Positions 52,332 to 61,778 of a stretch of DNA of 64,000 bases are shown one piece after another. How positions within the stretch are numbered: position 1 is the first letter of the stretch; every line of letters starts with the position of its first letter. Source of the stretch: Candidatus Magasanikbacteria bacterium GW2011_GWA2_56_11 (GTDB lineage: Bacteria > Patescibacteriota > Patescibacteriia > Magasanikbacterales > UBA922). The notes under the pieces were generated by a model. It was not told the origin of the DNA. It ran no database searches and worked only from the letters and a program-made list of their open reading frames with translations. A program made the position numbers and the translations under genes. The stretch lies in NCBI GenBank assembly GCA_001004885.1, contig LCRX01000006.1:35079-99078 (forward strand). The letters are read 5' to 3'.

Positions 52332-52628
52332 ATGATGGTCGATTGGCTAGGGTACTTTGCCGGTTCCTTGGTCGTTCTCTCTTTAATTCCGCAGATTGTC
52401 AAAAGCTGGAAAACAAAATCGGCCGGCGATTTGTCATTGCCACGCTACGTTATGTACATGATTGGCGTGGCTTTATGGGTCACCTATGGGTTTTTGGTAG
52501 ACAATGGTCCGATCGCGTACATGAACGGAGTCGCCTTTGTTTTGGCGCTTTGCGTGGTCTACCTAAAGATCAAGTATGGGCTATCAGCCAGTAGGTCTGT
52601 TCCCCCTAATAGGGAAGAGCGGCGCTGA
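52332..52628 (+). CDS. SemiSWEET / PQ-loop transporter
   Basis: LIPQIVKSWKTKSAGDLS; 3 TM. Confidence 0.85.
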   Translation: MMVDWLGYFAGSLVVLSLIPQIVKSWKTKSAGDLSLPRYVMYMIGVALWVTYGFLVDNGPIAYMNGVAFVLALCVVYLKIKYGLSASRSVPPNREERR

Positions 52629-52686
52629 TTTCTTTCAGGAAATGCTATTTTTTTAAAGCGTGGCGGTTTTTTAGGACTCGACGACT

Positions 52687-53403
52687 ATGCTTACCAGGCC
52701 GACCTTAATTATCCTCCCCGGCTGGGGCGGTACCAAAGAAAGCTGGCAGAAGTTCATTGATCTTGCCCGGAGCAACTACGAGGTGGTTTGTCTGGAGCTG
52801 CCGTGTTTTGGCGGCGAGCCCTGCCCGCCGCAAGTCTGGGGGGTAGAGGAGTACGCCAACTTTGTTAAAAACAAACTTTCTGGATTTTCGCCGCCAAATA
52901 CCGTCATTCTCGGTCATTCCTTCGGGGGACAGGTGGCGGCCTGCCTGATTGGCGCGAACCCGCATCTTTGTGCTAAACTAATACTGTCGGGTGCCGCTGT
53001 TTACCGTCGCCAAATAAGCCTTAAACAGCTTATTTTTTGGCCCTTGGCCAAGGTCGGCGGGCGGCTGTTTTGCCTGCCGGGCCTCAGACGACTGTCTTCC
53101 GCGGCCCGCCGGGTATTGTATCTGGCGGCCGACTCCCCGGATTACAGCAAAACCAGCGGCATAGAGCGGGAAATTTTTAAACGTATTACGAAGCAAGATG
53201 TGTCCGGTTATCTTCCGGGGATCACGGTTCCGACCCTTGTGGTTTGGGGACAGAAGGACGCTTACGTTCCTCTGTCGGCCGGCAGGCGGATCGCGCGTTG
53301 CATTCCCGGAGCCAGGCTGGAAGTAGTCCCTGGTGGCCGGCACGGCCTGCATATCCAAAAGCCCCAGGAATTACTTGAAATAATCAAAAGTTTCACCCCT
53401 TAA
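52687..53403 (+). CDS. Alpha/beta hydrolase
   Basis: PGWG, GHSFGG nucleophile elbow, WG..D, H. Confidence 0.9.
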   Translation: MLTRPTLIILPGWGGTKESWQKFIDLARSNYEVVCLELPCFGGEPCPPQVWGVEEYANFVKNKLSGFSPPNTVILGHSFGGQVAACLIGANPHLCAKLILSGAAVYRRQISLKQLIFWPLAKVGGRLFCLPGLRRLSSAARRVLYLAADSPDYSKTSGIEREIFKRITKQDVSGYLPGITVPTLVVWGQKDAYVPLSAGRRIARCIPGARLEVVPGGRHGLHIQKPQELLEIIKSFTP

Positions 53404-53425
53404 TAACTGCCTTTACCCGGGTGCC

Positions 53426-55027
53426 ATGTTCACCGCCTTAAATTTAGCCATCGTTTCTCTGTGGTTTTTGAGCGCTGCCGTGGACTACGCCGAGTTTTGT
53501 TATCTCTGGCAACTCAAAGAATACCGCCTCGACCGTCTGCGGGATTTTTTTTCCACCAAGCAGGGGCAGCGATACTGGCTGCGATACCAGTTGTTGTGGC
53601 GCTCGCTGGCCGTGCTGGTGATCTTTTTTTGGCCTTTCAACCAGGTGATCACCCTCAAGTATATCTTGCTTTTGGGTTTTTTGGCCGAATTAATCTATAA
53701 CGCCTGGCGTTTATACCGCGGACGCATCCGTTACCCCCGGCCGACCGCGAAGGCGTTCGGCATCGTGGCCGCCGCTTTGCTGCTTGAGGCTCTACTCGCG
53801 GTGAACGATCGCGACTGGGCGCAGACGCTGGTTTTGGTGATCGTTCGGTTTCCGTTGCTGTCGTTTACAGTCATTGTGTTCAACAAAGTTACCGGCCGGG
53901 TAAAAGACTGGTACATCGCCCGCGCCGCCAAAAAAATTCGTTCCTACCCGCACCTTATTGTCATCGGCGTAACCGGCAGTTACGGCAAGTCCACGGTTAA
54001 GGAGTTTTTGAGCCAGATCCTGGCCCAGAAATACAGCCTCGTAAAAACGCCGCGCAACACCAACACCGACATTGGCATTGCCCAGTTTATCCTGCGCACT
54101 TCGTTTTCCGGAGTACAGGTATTCGTGGTTGAGATGGGGGCTTACCGCGTCGGAGAAATCAAAAAAATTTGCGACATGGTCCGTCCGAAAGTCGGTATTT
54201 TAACGGCGATAATCGAACAGCACCTGTCGCTGTTTGGCTCGATACAAAATATCCAGACAGCCAAGTACGAGCTTTTGCGCTCGCTGCCCGCGGACGGCCT
54301 GGCGGTCGTGTACGCCGATAACCCTTTTTGCACTGAATTTTTAGGCGATCTCACCTGCCGGCGCGTCGAGACTTACGGACTCGATCCGGATAACAAGCCG
54401 AGCTTATTGATCACAAATATAAAGTCGGGTTTGGACGGTTTGCGCTGCTCGGGCGTTTATCTGGGTTTTGAAGGAGAGATGCAGGCGCCGGTCTTGGGGG
54501 CGCACCAGGCGCTAAATATCGCGCCGGCCACCATGGTGGCGGTTTACTTAGGCCTGACGCGCGAGCAGGTTTACGCCGGTTACCGCACGCTCAAAGCCGG
54601 AGAGAACAGCCTGAAGATTTATCGCTACGGCAGCGCCGACGTCATTGACGATTCTTACAATTCAAACCCGGTCGGCTTTAAGGCCGCGCTCGACATTATG
54701 GCCAAATTTCCTTCGGAGCGCGAGCGGGTGGTCGTCACTCGCGGCATGCTTGAGTTGGGAGAAAAGACCGAAGAATACCACGAAGTCATGGCGGAAGAAA
54801 TCGCCTTTACCGCCGATAAACTGGTGCTCATCACGCCGGATTTCACCGCCGCCATCCGGCGGGGCATCGAGAAGATAAACGGCAAGTACCGTCTGGAAAT
54901 AATCGAAAAGTACGATTCGCGGGAACTCTGCGATTACCTCAAGCAATATAAAAACAAACCGGCGGTGATACTGCTCGAAAATCGGGTTCCCAAATTGGCG
55001 CGGTCGGAATTAAAGAGCGGACTCTAG
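53426..55027 (+). CDS. murF: MurF-type Mur ligase with N-terminal membrane domain
   Basis: GVTGSYGKST, VEMGAY, IDDSYNSNP, GMLELG. Confidence 0.85.
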   Translation: MFTALNLAIVSLWFLSAAVDYAEFCYLWQLKEYRLDRLRDFFSTKQGQRYWLRYQLLWRSLAVLVIFFWPFNQVITLKYILLLGFLAELIYNAWRLYRGRIRYPRPTAKAFGIVAAALLLEALLAVNDRDWAQTLVLVIVRFPLLSFTVIVFNKVTGRVKDWYIARAAKKIRSYPHLIVIGVTGSYGKSTVKEFLSQILAQKYSLVKTPRNTNTDIGIAQFILRTSFSGVQVFVVEMGAYRVGEIKKICDMVRPKVGILTAIIEQHLSLFGSIQNIQTAKYELLRSLPADGLAVVYADNPFCTEFLGDLTCRRVETYGLDPDNKPSLLITNIKSGLDGLRCSGVYLGFEGEMQAPVLGAHQALNIAPATMVAVYLGLTREQVYAGYRTLKAGENSLKIYRYGSADVIDDSYNSNPVGFKAALDIMAKFPSERERVVVTRGMLELGEKTEEYHEVMAEEIAFTADKLVLITPDFTAAIRRGIEKINGKYRLEIIEKYDSRELCDYLKQYKNKPAVILLENRVPKLARSELKSGL

Positions 55028-55028
55028 T

Positions 55029-56270
55029 ATGCGCCAGGTGATTTTTACCGGCTTTTCCCCCAATTTGACCTGGCGCGACGTAAAAACCGCCGGTGTTTTT
55101 TTGCTCCACCCGCTGCGCTGGAAAAATTTGAATCGCGGGGTCGCCGTGGAAGCGGCCGAGAACAAACTTAGCGCTTATTTCGGATTTCCGGTGGTTACTT
55201 TTGACAGCGGCCGCTCTGCCCTGTACTTCGCCTTGCGGGCGCTGGGGGTGGGGGATGGAGACGAGGTGCTGGTCCAGGCCTACACGTGCGTGGTGGTAAT
55301 AAACGCTATTCGGTTTGCCGGCGCGCGTCCGGTGTACGTGGACATTAAAGACGATTTCACCATGGACCCGGATGACGCTCGGCGCAAGCTTACCGGCCGC
55401 GCCCGGGCGCTAATTATCCAGCATACGTTCGGACAGGGCGCCGATCTGACCGCTCTGCTGGCACTCGCCCGCGCACAGGGACTGGGCGTGGTGGAGGATG
55501 CGGCCCACTCGTTTGGGGCGCGCTACCAGGGAAAGCTCGCCGGGACCTGGGGGGACATTGGCATGCTTAGCTTTGGATCAGACAAGGTGTTGTCGTCGGT
55601 TAGGGGCGGGGCGCTGGTAGTAGTAAATGCCAAACTGCTTGACCGGGTGCGCGGCTGGCAAGAAAAATTGCCGGCTATGCCGATAGCTGTAGTTCTGCAG
55701 CATCTGCTGCATTTGCCGTTTTTTTGGTGGGGCAAAAGGTGGTATGGGTACGGTATCGGGAAGTGGTTTTTGTATGCCGCCAAAAAGCTCAATCTAACCA
55801 ATAAAATAATTTATCCGGCGGAGAAACGGGGAGAAGCCGTATCTTTTTTCCCCTCACGGCTGCCCAATGCGCTGGCCTGTCTGCTTTTGCCCCAGATCAA
55901 TGATGCGGCCGCGGTCAATGAACACCGGCGGGGGATAGCGGCCATCTATCGTCGGCAGATAACTAATCCGCTCGCGATTCACCCGCCCGAAGATGAGTCT
56001 TCGGTGTATTTGCGCTATACGATACGCTTGCCTGCCGGCGCCGACCCTCTGGTCCGGTTCGCCAAAGAGCGGGGGATACTCCTTGGCGACTGGTACACGG
56101 CTGTCATCGCCCCCGCCGACAGCGACCAGGCAGCGGCTGGTTACGCCGAGGGCAGCTGTCCGGCAGCGGAGCGATTGGCGCCACAGTCAGTCAACCTGCC
56201 GACCGACCGGCTTATCACCGAGTCGGCGGCGAGCTTTATTTCGGCTATTGTCAACTCTTATGGAGCTTGA
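55029..56270 (+). CDS. DegT/DnrJ/EryC1 family PLP-dependent aminotransferase
   Basis: SGRSAL, GDEV, QHTFG, VEDAAH, SFGSDK. Confidence 0.88.
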   Translation: MRQVIFTGFSPNLTWRDVKTAGVFLLHPLRWKNLNRGVAVEAAENKLSAYFGFPVVTFDSGRSALYFALRALGVGDGDEVLVQAYTCVVVINAIRFAGARPVYVDIKDDFTMDPDDARRKLTGRARALIIQHTFGQGADLTALLALARAQGLGVVEDAAHSFGARYQGKLAGTWGDIGMLSFGSDKVLSSVRGGALVVVNAKLLDRVRGWQEKLPAMPIAVVLQHLLHLPFFWWGKRWYGYGIGKWFLYAAKKLNLTNKIIYPAEKRGEAVSFFPSRLPNALACLLLPQINDAAAVNEHRRGIAAIYRRQITNPLAIHPPEDESSVYLRYTIRLPAGADPLVRFAKERGILLGDWYTAVIAPADSDQAAAGYAEGSCPAAERLAPQSVNLPTDRLITESAASFISAIVNSYGA

Positions 56271-57303
56271 AGTCAGAGAGATAAAAGACCGCTCTGTTTG
56301 GGAGGCATTCGTTCGCCAGCGGGCGCACACATTATTTGTTCAATCATGGAGTTACGGCGAATTTTACCGTTCCCTGGGGGAGAACTTTTGGGTTTACGGC
56401 GTTTATAGCGGCGAAGACCTGCTCGGCGGTTCCCTGGTCGTAAGCGTCCATGCGCGGCGCGGCAGCTTTCTCTATCTGCCCTACGGACCCCTCCTGGCCG
56501 GGGATGCTGGCAACCCCGAGAGCGCGGCAATCTTTCGGGCGCTGTTCGACTATCTGGCAGACTGGGCGCGCTTTCATTCATACAGCTTTATCCGGGTGAG
56601 TCCTTTTTTTGATGATACCCCGGCCCTGCGGTCGGTTTTTGGAAAACTGGGATTCCACAACGCGCCCATGCACATTCTGGCCGAGCACACTTGGCTCCTA
56701 AATTTGGAACCTGCCGAGGAAGACCTCCTGGCCCGGATGGATAAAACGCACCGCCAGCTTATACGCCGCTGTGAGAACGAAGGGGTGAGAGCGGTTATGG
56801 AAACCGGCGCGGGGGCTGTTGGTGATTTTAACCGTCTCCATGACCAAACTGCCCGGCGGCACAATTTTCACCGCTTCTCTGACGGTTATGTGCTGAAGGA
56901 ATTTGGCGCTTTCGCTCCGCAGAACGAGGCGCTTGTCATCCACGGTTATTTGCCCGACGGATCGCTCGACGCTTCCGGAGTATTCATGTATTACGGCTCG
57001 ATGGCTGCCTACCGTCACGGGGCTTCTCTCATGGCCAACAAACGGCTGCCGAGCTCATATCTGGTGCAATGGGAGGCCATCCGCGAGGCTAAACGGCGCG
57101 GGTTTAAATGGTACAATTTTTGGGGCGTTGCCCCTGACGCCGCGCCGAAGAGCCATCCGTTCAAAGGCATAACACACTTTAAAAAGGGCTTCGGCGGCAG
57201 CGGCAAAGATCTGCTGCCCTGCCAGGATTTACCGGTGTCCTGGCGTTATTGGATAAACTGGACAGTCGAGAAAGTCCGCCGCGTGAAGCGGGGATTCGCC
57301 TGA
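56260..57303 (+). CDS. FemAB/FemX family tRNA-dependent peptidoglycan aminoacyltransferase
   Basis: FVQSWSYG, YLPYGP, YRHGAS, QWEAIREAK.RG..YNFWG, FKKGFGG; start at ATG 56260 overlapping the upstream stop. Confidence 0.9.
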   Translation: MELEVREIKDRSVWEAFVRQRAHTLFVQSWSYGEFYRSLGENFWVYGVYSGEDLLGGSLVVSVHARRGSFLYLPYGPLLAGDAGNPESAAIFRALFDYLADWARFHSYSFIRVSPFFDDTPALRSVFGKLGFHNAPMHILAEHTWLLNLEPAEEDLLARMDKTHRQLIRRCENEGVRAVMETGAGAVGDFNRLHDQTARRHNFHRFSDGYVLKEFGAFAPQNEALVIHGYLPDGSLDASGVFMYYGSMAAYRHGASLMANKRLPSSYLVQWEAIREAKRRGFKWYNFWGVAPDAAPKSHPFKGITHFKKGFGGSGKDLLPCQDLPVSWRYWINWTVEKVRRVKRGFA

Positions 57304-57364
57304 CCTGCCGCGGCCGGCCGTGGGTCTCTCAGGGCCAAGCGCAGGGGTTTCGTTTTCACTCCGT

Positions 57365-58387
57365 ATGGGTCCGATCAATCGCTACCGAATGAAGCGTGCC
57401 TGGGGGCGCCGGTTCGAACGCGCGACGCATAACGTCCGCTCCTTTTCATTTACCGGGAGCCGCCGCGCGGTGCGCGGCCGTGATTTTTCCTGGCAAGGCA
57501 GGCGGCCGAATCCTTATGCGCGGCGCTCCACTGACTGGAAATTTCGCCTGAAAATTTCGCTCTTGTCCGCGTTGCTTTTTAGCTTCGCGGCTCTGGTGAT
57601 TTACCATCCGCGGTTTCAGGTTTCGACTGTCGAGCTTAGCGGCCTTAAGCGCGCCAAGGAAGAAGAAATGCGCCCGATCGTAACGGGCATTATCCGCCAT
57701 AAAGCGTGGTTTATTTTTCCCGGCGAAAGTTATCTCTTTGTCGATTTGGCGGAAATTGAAGACATTTTGACGGATCGTTTCCCTGTGCGATCAGTTTCCG
57801 TTACCAAGCATTTTCCGGATAAAATCTCGATTGCCGTCGAGGAAAAATTGCCCGCGATGATTTTTGATAACGGACAACACTATAGCTACTTGGATGCCGA
57901 GGGTAAACTCATAGAGACAGTCCGCGCCGTGGCCGACTATGAGTGGAAAATCACCACCAGAACGGTTACCAGCACCGCCAGCGACGGCCGGGAGACGAGC
58001 CAGGAAGAAGTGGTCGAGCGTTCGCACCGCCCCGACGCCAAGCTGATAGCGTCCGAGCTGGGATCCTGGCCGCTGGTTTACGACGCGCAGGGAAAGGACC
58101 TGGCCGTTAACGGTCCGGTCCTTGATCCTCAACTTGTGAGTTATATTGCCGATTGGCAGGCGTTTTTGACGCGTTCAACCGACATTTTGCCGTCTTATTT
58201 CATTATGGATTCGGAGTTCTCGGATATTATCATCAAAACCGTGGAGGGCTGGGAAATCAAGGCTAGGCGCCGCCCGGAGGGCAGAGGTGAATTCAACGAA
58301 CTTTTAACTGCGCTGCGGGATACAATTGACCGTCGGAATCTGAGCTACATTGACGTGCGCTACCAGGGGAGAGTGTACTGGCAATAA
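57365..58387 (+). CDS. FtsQ/DivIB-like cell division protein
   Basis: Basic N-terminus, single TM, POTRA-like (V.V.KHFPDKI.I.VEE), C-terminal YIDVRY..RVY. Confidence 0.7.
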   Translation: MGPINRYRMKRAWGRRFERATHNVRSFSFTGSRRAVRGRDFSWQGRRPNPYARRSTDWKFRLKISLLSALLFSFAALVIYHPRFQVSTVELSGLKRAKEEEMRPIVTGIIRHKAWFIFPGESYLFVDLAEIEDILTDRFPVRSVSVTKHFPDKISIAVEEKLPAMIFDNGQHYSYLDAEGKLIETVRAVADYEWKITTRTVTSTASDGRETSQEEVVERSHRPDAKLIASELGSWPLVYDAQGKDLAVNGPVLDPQLVSYIADWQAFLTRSTDILPSYFIMDSEFSDIIIKTVEGWEIKARRRPEGRGEFNELLTALRDTIDRRNLSYIDVRYQGRVYWQ

Positions 58388-58544
58388 CGCCGCTGGTATC
58401 GGTAATTCTTTGGCGACAAAAGTAACTCTGTGCCGGCCTCTCTTTTTGTAAAAGCACTTCTGCCCTCGGGCAGATTTTGTTTATTCCCGGAAGGGGGGAG
58501 GGCGTTTTTGGATGTTGGGAGGGGCGTGGGGCGCTGTTAATTGT

Positions 58545-58572
58545 GAGTCGCACAATGTATCTTATACGACAT
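58545..58572. other. Putative dif-like tyrosine-recombinase site
   Basis: GAGTCGCACAA-TGTATC-TTATACGACAT (11-6-11); 19/28 identical to E. coli dif; lies in the intergenic gap where gene orientation flips. Confidence 0.7.
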
Positions 58573-59023
58573 TAACGCAAGGTGAAAAGAAGACAAACTG
58601 CCGGCCTTGGCTACGGTTTGTTAGCTTTTAGCCGCGAGCTAAATACGGCGGACCCGCGTAAACTATTCGTATTAGGTTTATCTTCCTTACTAGACGCCAA
58701 TCTTACCGCTCCGGTGTTTTACTGTACTCATCGGGACGCTACCCTCGCCTCGTTGGCCACGCCCGTAGCTCCGGATATTTTGCGACACTACAAAAAAGCC
58801 GGGCGCGCAAGCTGGTGTTACTTAATGTCGTTTTTCCTTCGGTTTTTTAGTCCGGGATATGTTTTTTGTTATTCTTTAGCCCCGGCGCTTATGCCTTCTG
58901 GCGCGGGTTGCGCCTTGAGGGCAAAATTTAGCCTGGCAGGCGCGCCTGCCAAGGTTTTTTTAACTCCAGGCGGCCCTACCCCCCCCTCGCAGGCTGTTCT
59001 TCCCCGGACTTTAACCGGCGGTT

Positions 59024-59908
59024 TTATTCATTTTGCGACGCAATATCTAGCTGGATGGCGTATTCTACCGGTTTGTTCTCCCACTCGTCCAGCAGATATT
59101 TTACCGAATGCGCGCCGATGGCAAAACGGCCCTGGCCTGGCTCCCAGACGGAGTACGACAGGAGCGCTTGATATTTACTCGCTTGTTCTCTGGCGGATAG
59201 AAAAGACGGCGCGGCCGGTTTCTCCTTGTCGGTATAGAAACGTTTATCGGTAATACCGGATAAATGGCGCAAGGCTTCGCCCAGGGCCAAGTGGTCTGGA
59301 TTAAGGTGCTGGCTCTCCCCTTTTCTCGACCCAAGCGTGATGTAAGTGCCGTCGCCGAACAGTCGGTAAAATCGCCCGATTATCTCGGCGCTCAATTCGG
59401 CCGTGAGCCGACCGTCACGGTAGCGCGGATAATCGCTGCCCGCGGCGCCGCCCGGATTGGCAAAGTGAATATTCTGCGGAAGCACGCCGAGTTTGAGCAT
59501 GGAATCTTTGAATTCCCGGTTTCTGGCGGCGCTAAATTCGCGCCCGTCCAAAGGGGCGTACCCTTCGCGTTCCGGCGAATGAAAGCGTCCGTGATAGAGA
59601 CAGAAGGCGGGTTGGCCGCGTTCATCCCGGCCGTTTAACATCGCCCGCACACTCGAGGCGCCGCCGTCGCTTGCCATCACCGCGTGGACCACCCGTCCTT
59701 CTTGTATAAATCGGCTGATGCTGCCGGCCAAGAACATTTCATCGTCCTGGTGGGGCAGGAAAAAGATCACGGGCGTCTCCGGAGGCATTTTTTTGAGCGC
59801 CGGCGCGGTTTCATCCCCCGGCAGTTTTGGCCAGCCAAAAAACACTGCCAGAAGGGCGCACCCGGCCGCCGCGGCGAGGAGGATAAGAAAGAGTAAGCTA
59901 CGTTTCAG
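59024..59908 (-). CDS. PIG-L/LmbE family deacetylase, probably exported
   Basis: PHQDDE, SDG, RNREF, NPDH motifs; frame extends 21 codons past 59845 to CTG 59908, giving signal-like LKRSLLFLILLAAAAG; start uncertain. Confidence 0.8.
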   Translation of the reverse strand: MKRSLLFLILLAAAAGCALLAVFFGWPKLPGDETAPALKKMPPETPVIFFLPHQDDEMFLAGSISRFIQEGRVVHAVMASDGGASSVRAMLNGRDERGQPAFCLYHGRFHSPEREGYAPLDGREFSAARNREFKDSMLKLGVLPQNIHFANPGGAAGSDYPRYRDGRLTAELSAEIIGRFYRLFGDGTYITLGSRKGESQHLNPDHLALGEALRHLSGITDKRFYTDKEKPAAPSFLSAREQASKYQALLSYSVWEPGQGRFAIGAHSVKYLLDEWENKPVEYAIQLDIASQNE

Positions 59909-59926
59909 ACAAGTATTCTATATTAG

Positions 59927-60083
59927 AACCCACTCTCAAAAAAAATTGCGAGGCAATTTTGAGCTGTTTCGAGCGAAAATCTTTTGGCTTGAGCACACTA
60001 GCGGTGCTATGGCGACGCCAGCCGGACAATTGGCAGCGGTACAGGCACAAAATTGAGCCGTAAGTTTTTTTGGGCGGGGGTTT
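59927..60083. repeat. Imperfect long palindrome (MITE/REP-like)
   Basis: About 45-nt arms AACCCACTCTCAAAAAAAATTGCG.. / ..CGTAAGTTTTTTTGGGCGGGGGTT. Confidence 0.55.
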
Positions 60084-60920
60084 TTAGGAATAACGGTAAA
60101 CCAAGGTGTCAATAATGGCTTTTAGCTTTCGTTCAAAGGGATTGGGATACCGGGTGAAGGCTCGCAAAAGCACGTAGCGGTCAAAGACGTCCCACGGCAT
60201 TTCGCGGTTGGCGCCGTAGCCTTCCCAAAAAGCGTCGTAGCACAGAGAGTATTTGCGCTGTTCGGTACTGTCCGGATCGAGATACCGGCCGTACGGCAGC
60301 TCCAGGGCCACGACTGCCAGGTCATAGAGCGGATCCCCAAAAAATATCTGCGATGCTTTGTCAAAGATTAGTACCTCGTTATTTTTTATCAGCGCATTAT
60401 TGGGGTGCAGATCGCCGTGGATGAGCGCGTATGCGCGCGGGCGGTAGTCTTGCGTCAAAAACTCCAGGACGCGACAGATAGAGTCGCGCTCCGCGCGGCA
60501 GATATCCGAGCGCCGTTCTGTTACCCGCATGATTCCGTAGGCGATTTCTGACTGGATAAAATCCGGCCAGGATTCATTTTCCCACTCTCCGTCCGGAGCC
60601 AGGCGTCTGGCCCCGCTGTCTTCGATGGCGTGCATGCGCCTGGCTGTCCGGCCCCAATGCCGGTAGGCGTCTGGGGACAGGTGTTTGCCCACGGTTGGCG
60701 AATCGGGAATATAAGGAAACATGAGCTCGTTGGCGGCGAGCAGCGGGTGGTCAATAAAAGGCAGCGTCGGCACGCCATGCTCGCGCATGATCTCTACGAA
60801 GCGGCGCTCGTTTAGGATATCGTGCACAGAGGCGGTTTTGCGCACGTAATAGGCGCCGCCGACCTCTACCACATCGACCACCGAAGAGTGGGCGCCGTCA
60901 AGGTGCCGAATGAGCCGCAT
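60084..60920 (-). CDS. Aminoglycoside phosphotransferase-like kinase
   Basis: Brenner motif LIHGDLHPNN, IFD, GDPLYDLA. Confidence 0.85.
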   Translation of the reverse strand: MRLIRHLDGAHSSVVDVVEVGGAYYVRKTASVHDILNERRFVEIMREHGVPTLPFIDHPLLAANELMFPYIPDSPTVGKHLSPDAYRHWGRTARRMHAIEDSGARRLAPDGEWENESWPDFIQSEIAYGIMRVTERRSDICRAERDSICRVLEFLTQDYRPRAYALIHGDLHPNNALIKNNEVLIFDKASQIFFGDPLYDLAVVALELPYGRYLDPDSTEQRKYSLCYDAFWEGYGANREMPWDVFDRYVLLRAFTRYPNPFERKLKAIIDTLVYRYS

Positions 60921-60947
60921 AAATCGGAATTATTTTTGGGATGGGTT

Positions 60948-61478
60948 CTATTTGCCGATCCTGTCGAGGCGTTCGTAAAAACGGCGATACACCTCCCGCA
61001 GGAGTCGGGCATCGTCCAGGGCATTATGCTCGCGGTAACTGGTTTTATCAAGCTCAAGCTCCTGAAAAAAACTGTGTTTGCCCAGACTGTTGGGCGAATA
61101 CCCGCAGCCAAACAGGATAGAGGCAAAATCAATCGGAATCCAGTAGGCCGGATGTTCCTGGGCCGAGCCGAAGAGCTCGTACCAGTAGATCGCGTCGAAC
61201 TGGTTAACATAAGAAACCAGGTACGGCTTTTCATCGCCGATAAATTCCCGGATTAGTCGCCGCGCCTCTGTCCGGGTTGTTTTTTCGCCGGTCAGATGCG
61301 GCAGGACTTTTTGTTGCACCCATGGATGCGCCGGACCCGTGTGCTCGAGTTCCAGGTATAATTCTTCGCCAGTGTTTTTTACCAGGCCGACCGAAAGCAA
61401 CTCCCCCACCCTGGGGTTGAGGTCGGTAAACTCCGTATCATAAAAAATAATATTTTTGGAGTAAGGTGAGATTTCCAT
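60948..61478 (-). CDS. DEDDh 3'-5' exo(ribo)nuclease
   Basis: FYDTEFT, QFD, HNALDDA. Confidence 0.85.
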   Translation of the reverse strand: MEISPYSKNIIFYDTEFTDLNPRVGELLSVGLVKNTGEELYLELEHTGPAHPWVQQKVLPHLTGEKTTRTEARRLIREFIGDEKPYLVSYVNQFDAIYWYELFGSAQEHPAYWIPIDFASILFGCGYSPNSLGKHSFFQELELDKTSYREHNALDDARLLREVYRRFYERLDRIGK

Positions 61479-61580
61479 AGAATTCAGGCTTGGCTTGATG
61501 GTAGCAGCCGCTGCCGGTAGCTGTCAACCTTGACTCGGGTGCCAGCCGGTTTTGTCGGTCCTTACACCAGGGAGGCGATG

Positions 61581-61622
61581 TTATCCACATCGTTGACGAG
61601 TTTTCGAGAGTGTCGTTATGAT
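61581..61622 (+). promoter_or_regulatory. DnaA box next to a sigma70 promoter
   Basis: TTATCCACA (61581-89); TTGACG (61593-98)-18nt-TATGAT (61617-22). Confidence 0.55.
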
Positions 61623-61627
61623 AAATA

Positions 61628-61778
61628 TGGAACGAGGCGGCATGGGTGCTGTCAAAACCTGCTATTATCCTCCACGTGTGTTATCTCCTTCCTTTTTCGC
61701 AATGTTACGGGCAAATACCGGCGCTGCGATCCCTTGCCGCGCCAGTTTTTGTCCCCTGCCCGTCGCCGCCTCGTTCCA
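61628..61778 (+). ncRNA. Candidate structured ncRNA of unknown family
   Basis: Perfect 14-bp closing stem TGGAACGAGGCGGC / GCCGCCTCGTTCCA starting at the predicted TSS; internal hairpin 61707-61763. Confidence 0.45.

Noticed and set aside
55993-56259. N-terminal extension of FemAB
   Set aside because: It overlaps the aminotransferase in another frame; family similarity begins at ATG 56260
58540-58575. Engineered loxP site or vector contamination
   Set aside because: The outer loxP arms (ATAACT/AGTTAT) are missing, there are four core mismatches, and the context is native
58582-59253. 223-aa + strand ORF
   Set aside because: No motifs, atypical composition, overlaps the PIG-L gene in antisense, and crosses palindromic intergenic sequence
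60084-60920. Bona fide aminoglycoside resistance gene
   Set aside because: Only generic APH/choline-kinase superfamily motifs are visible; the substrate cannot be assigned
61581-61589. Replication origin
   Set aside because: Only one DnaA box, no dnaA/dnaN nearby, and genes converge rather than diverge in this region
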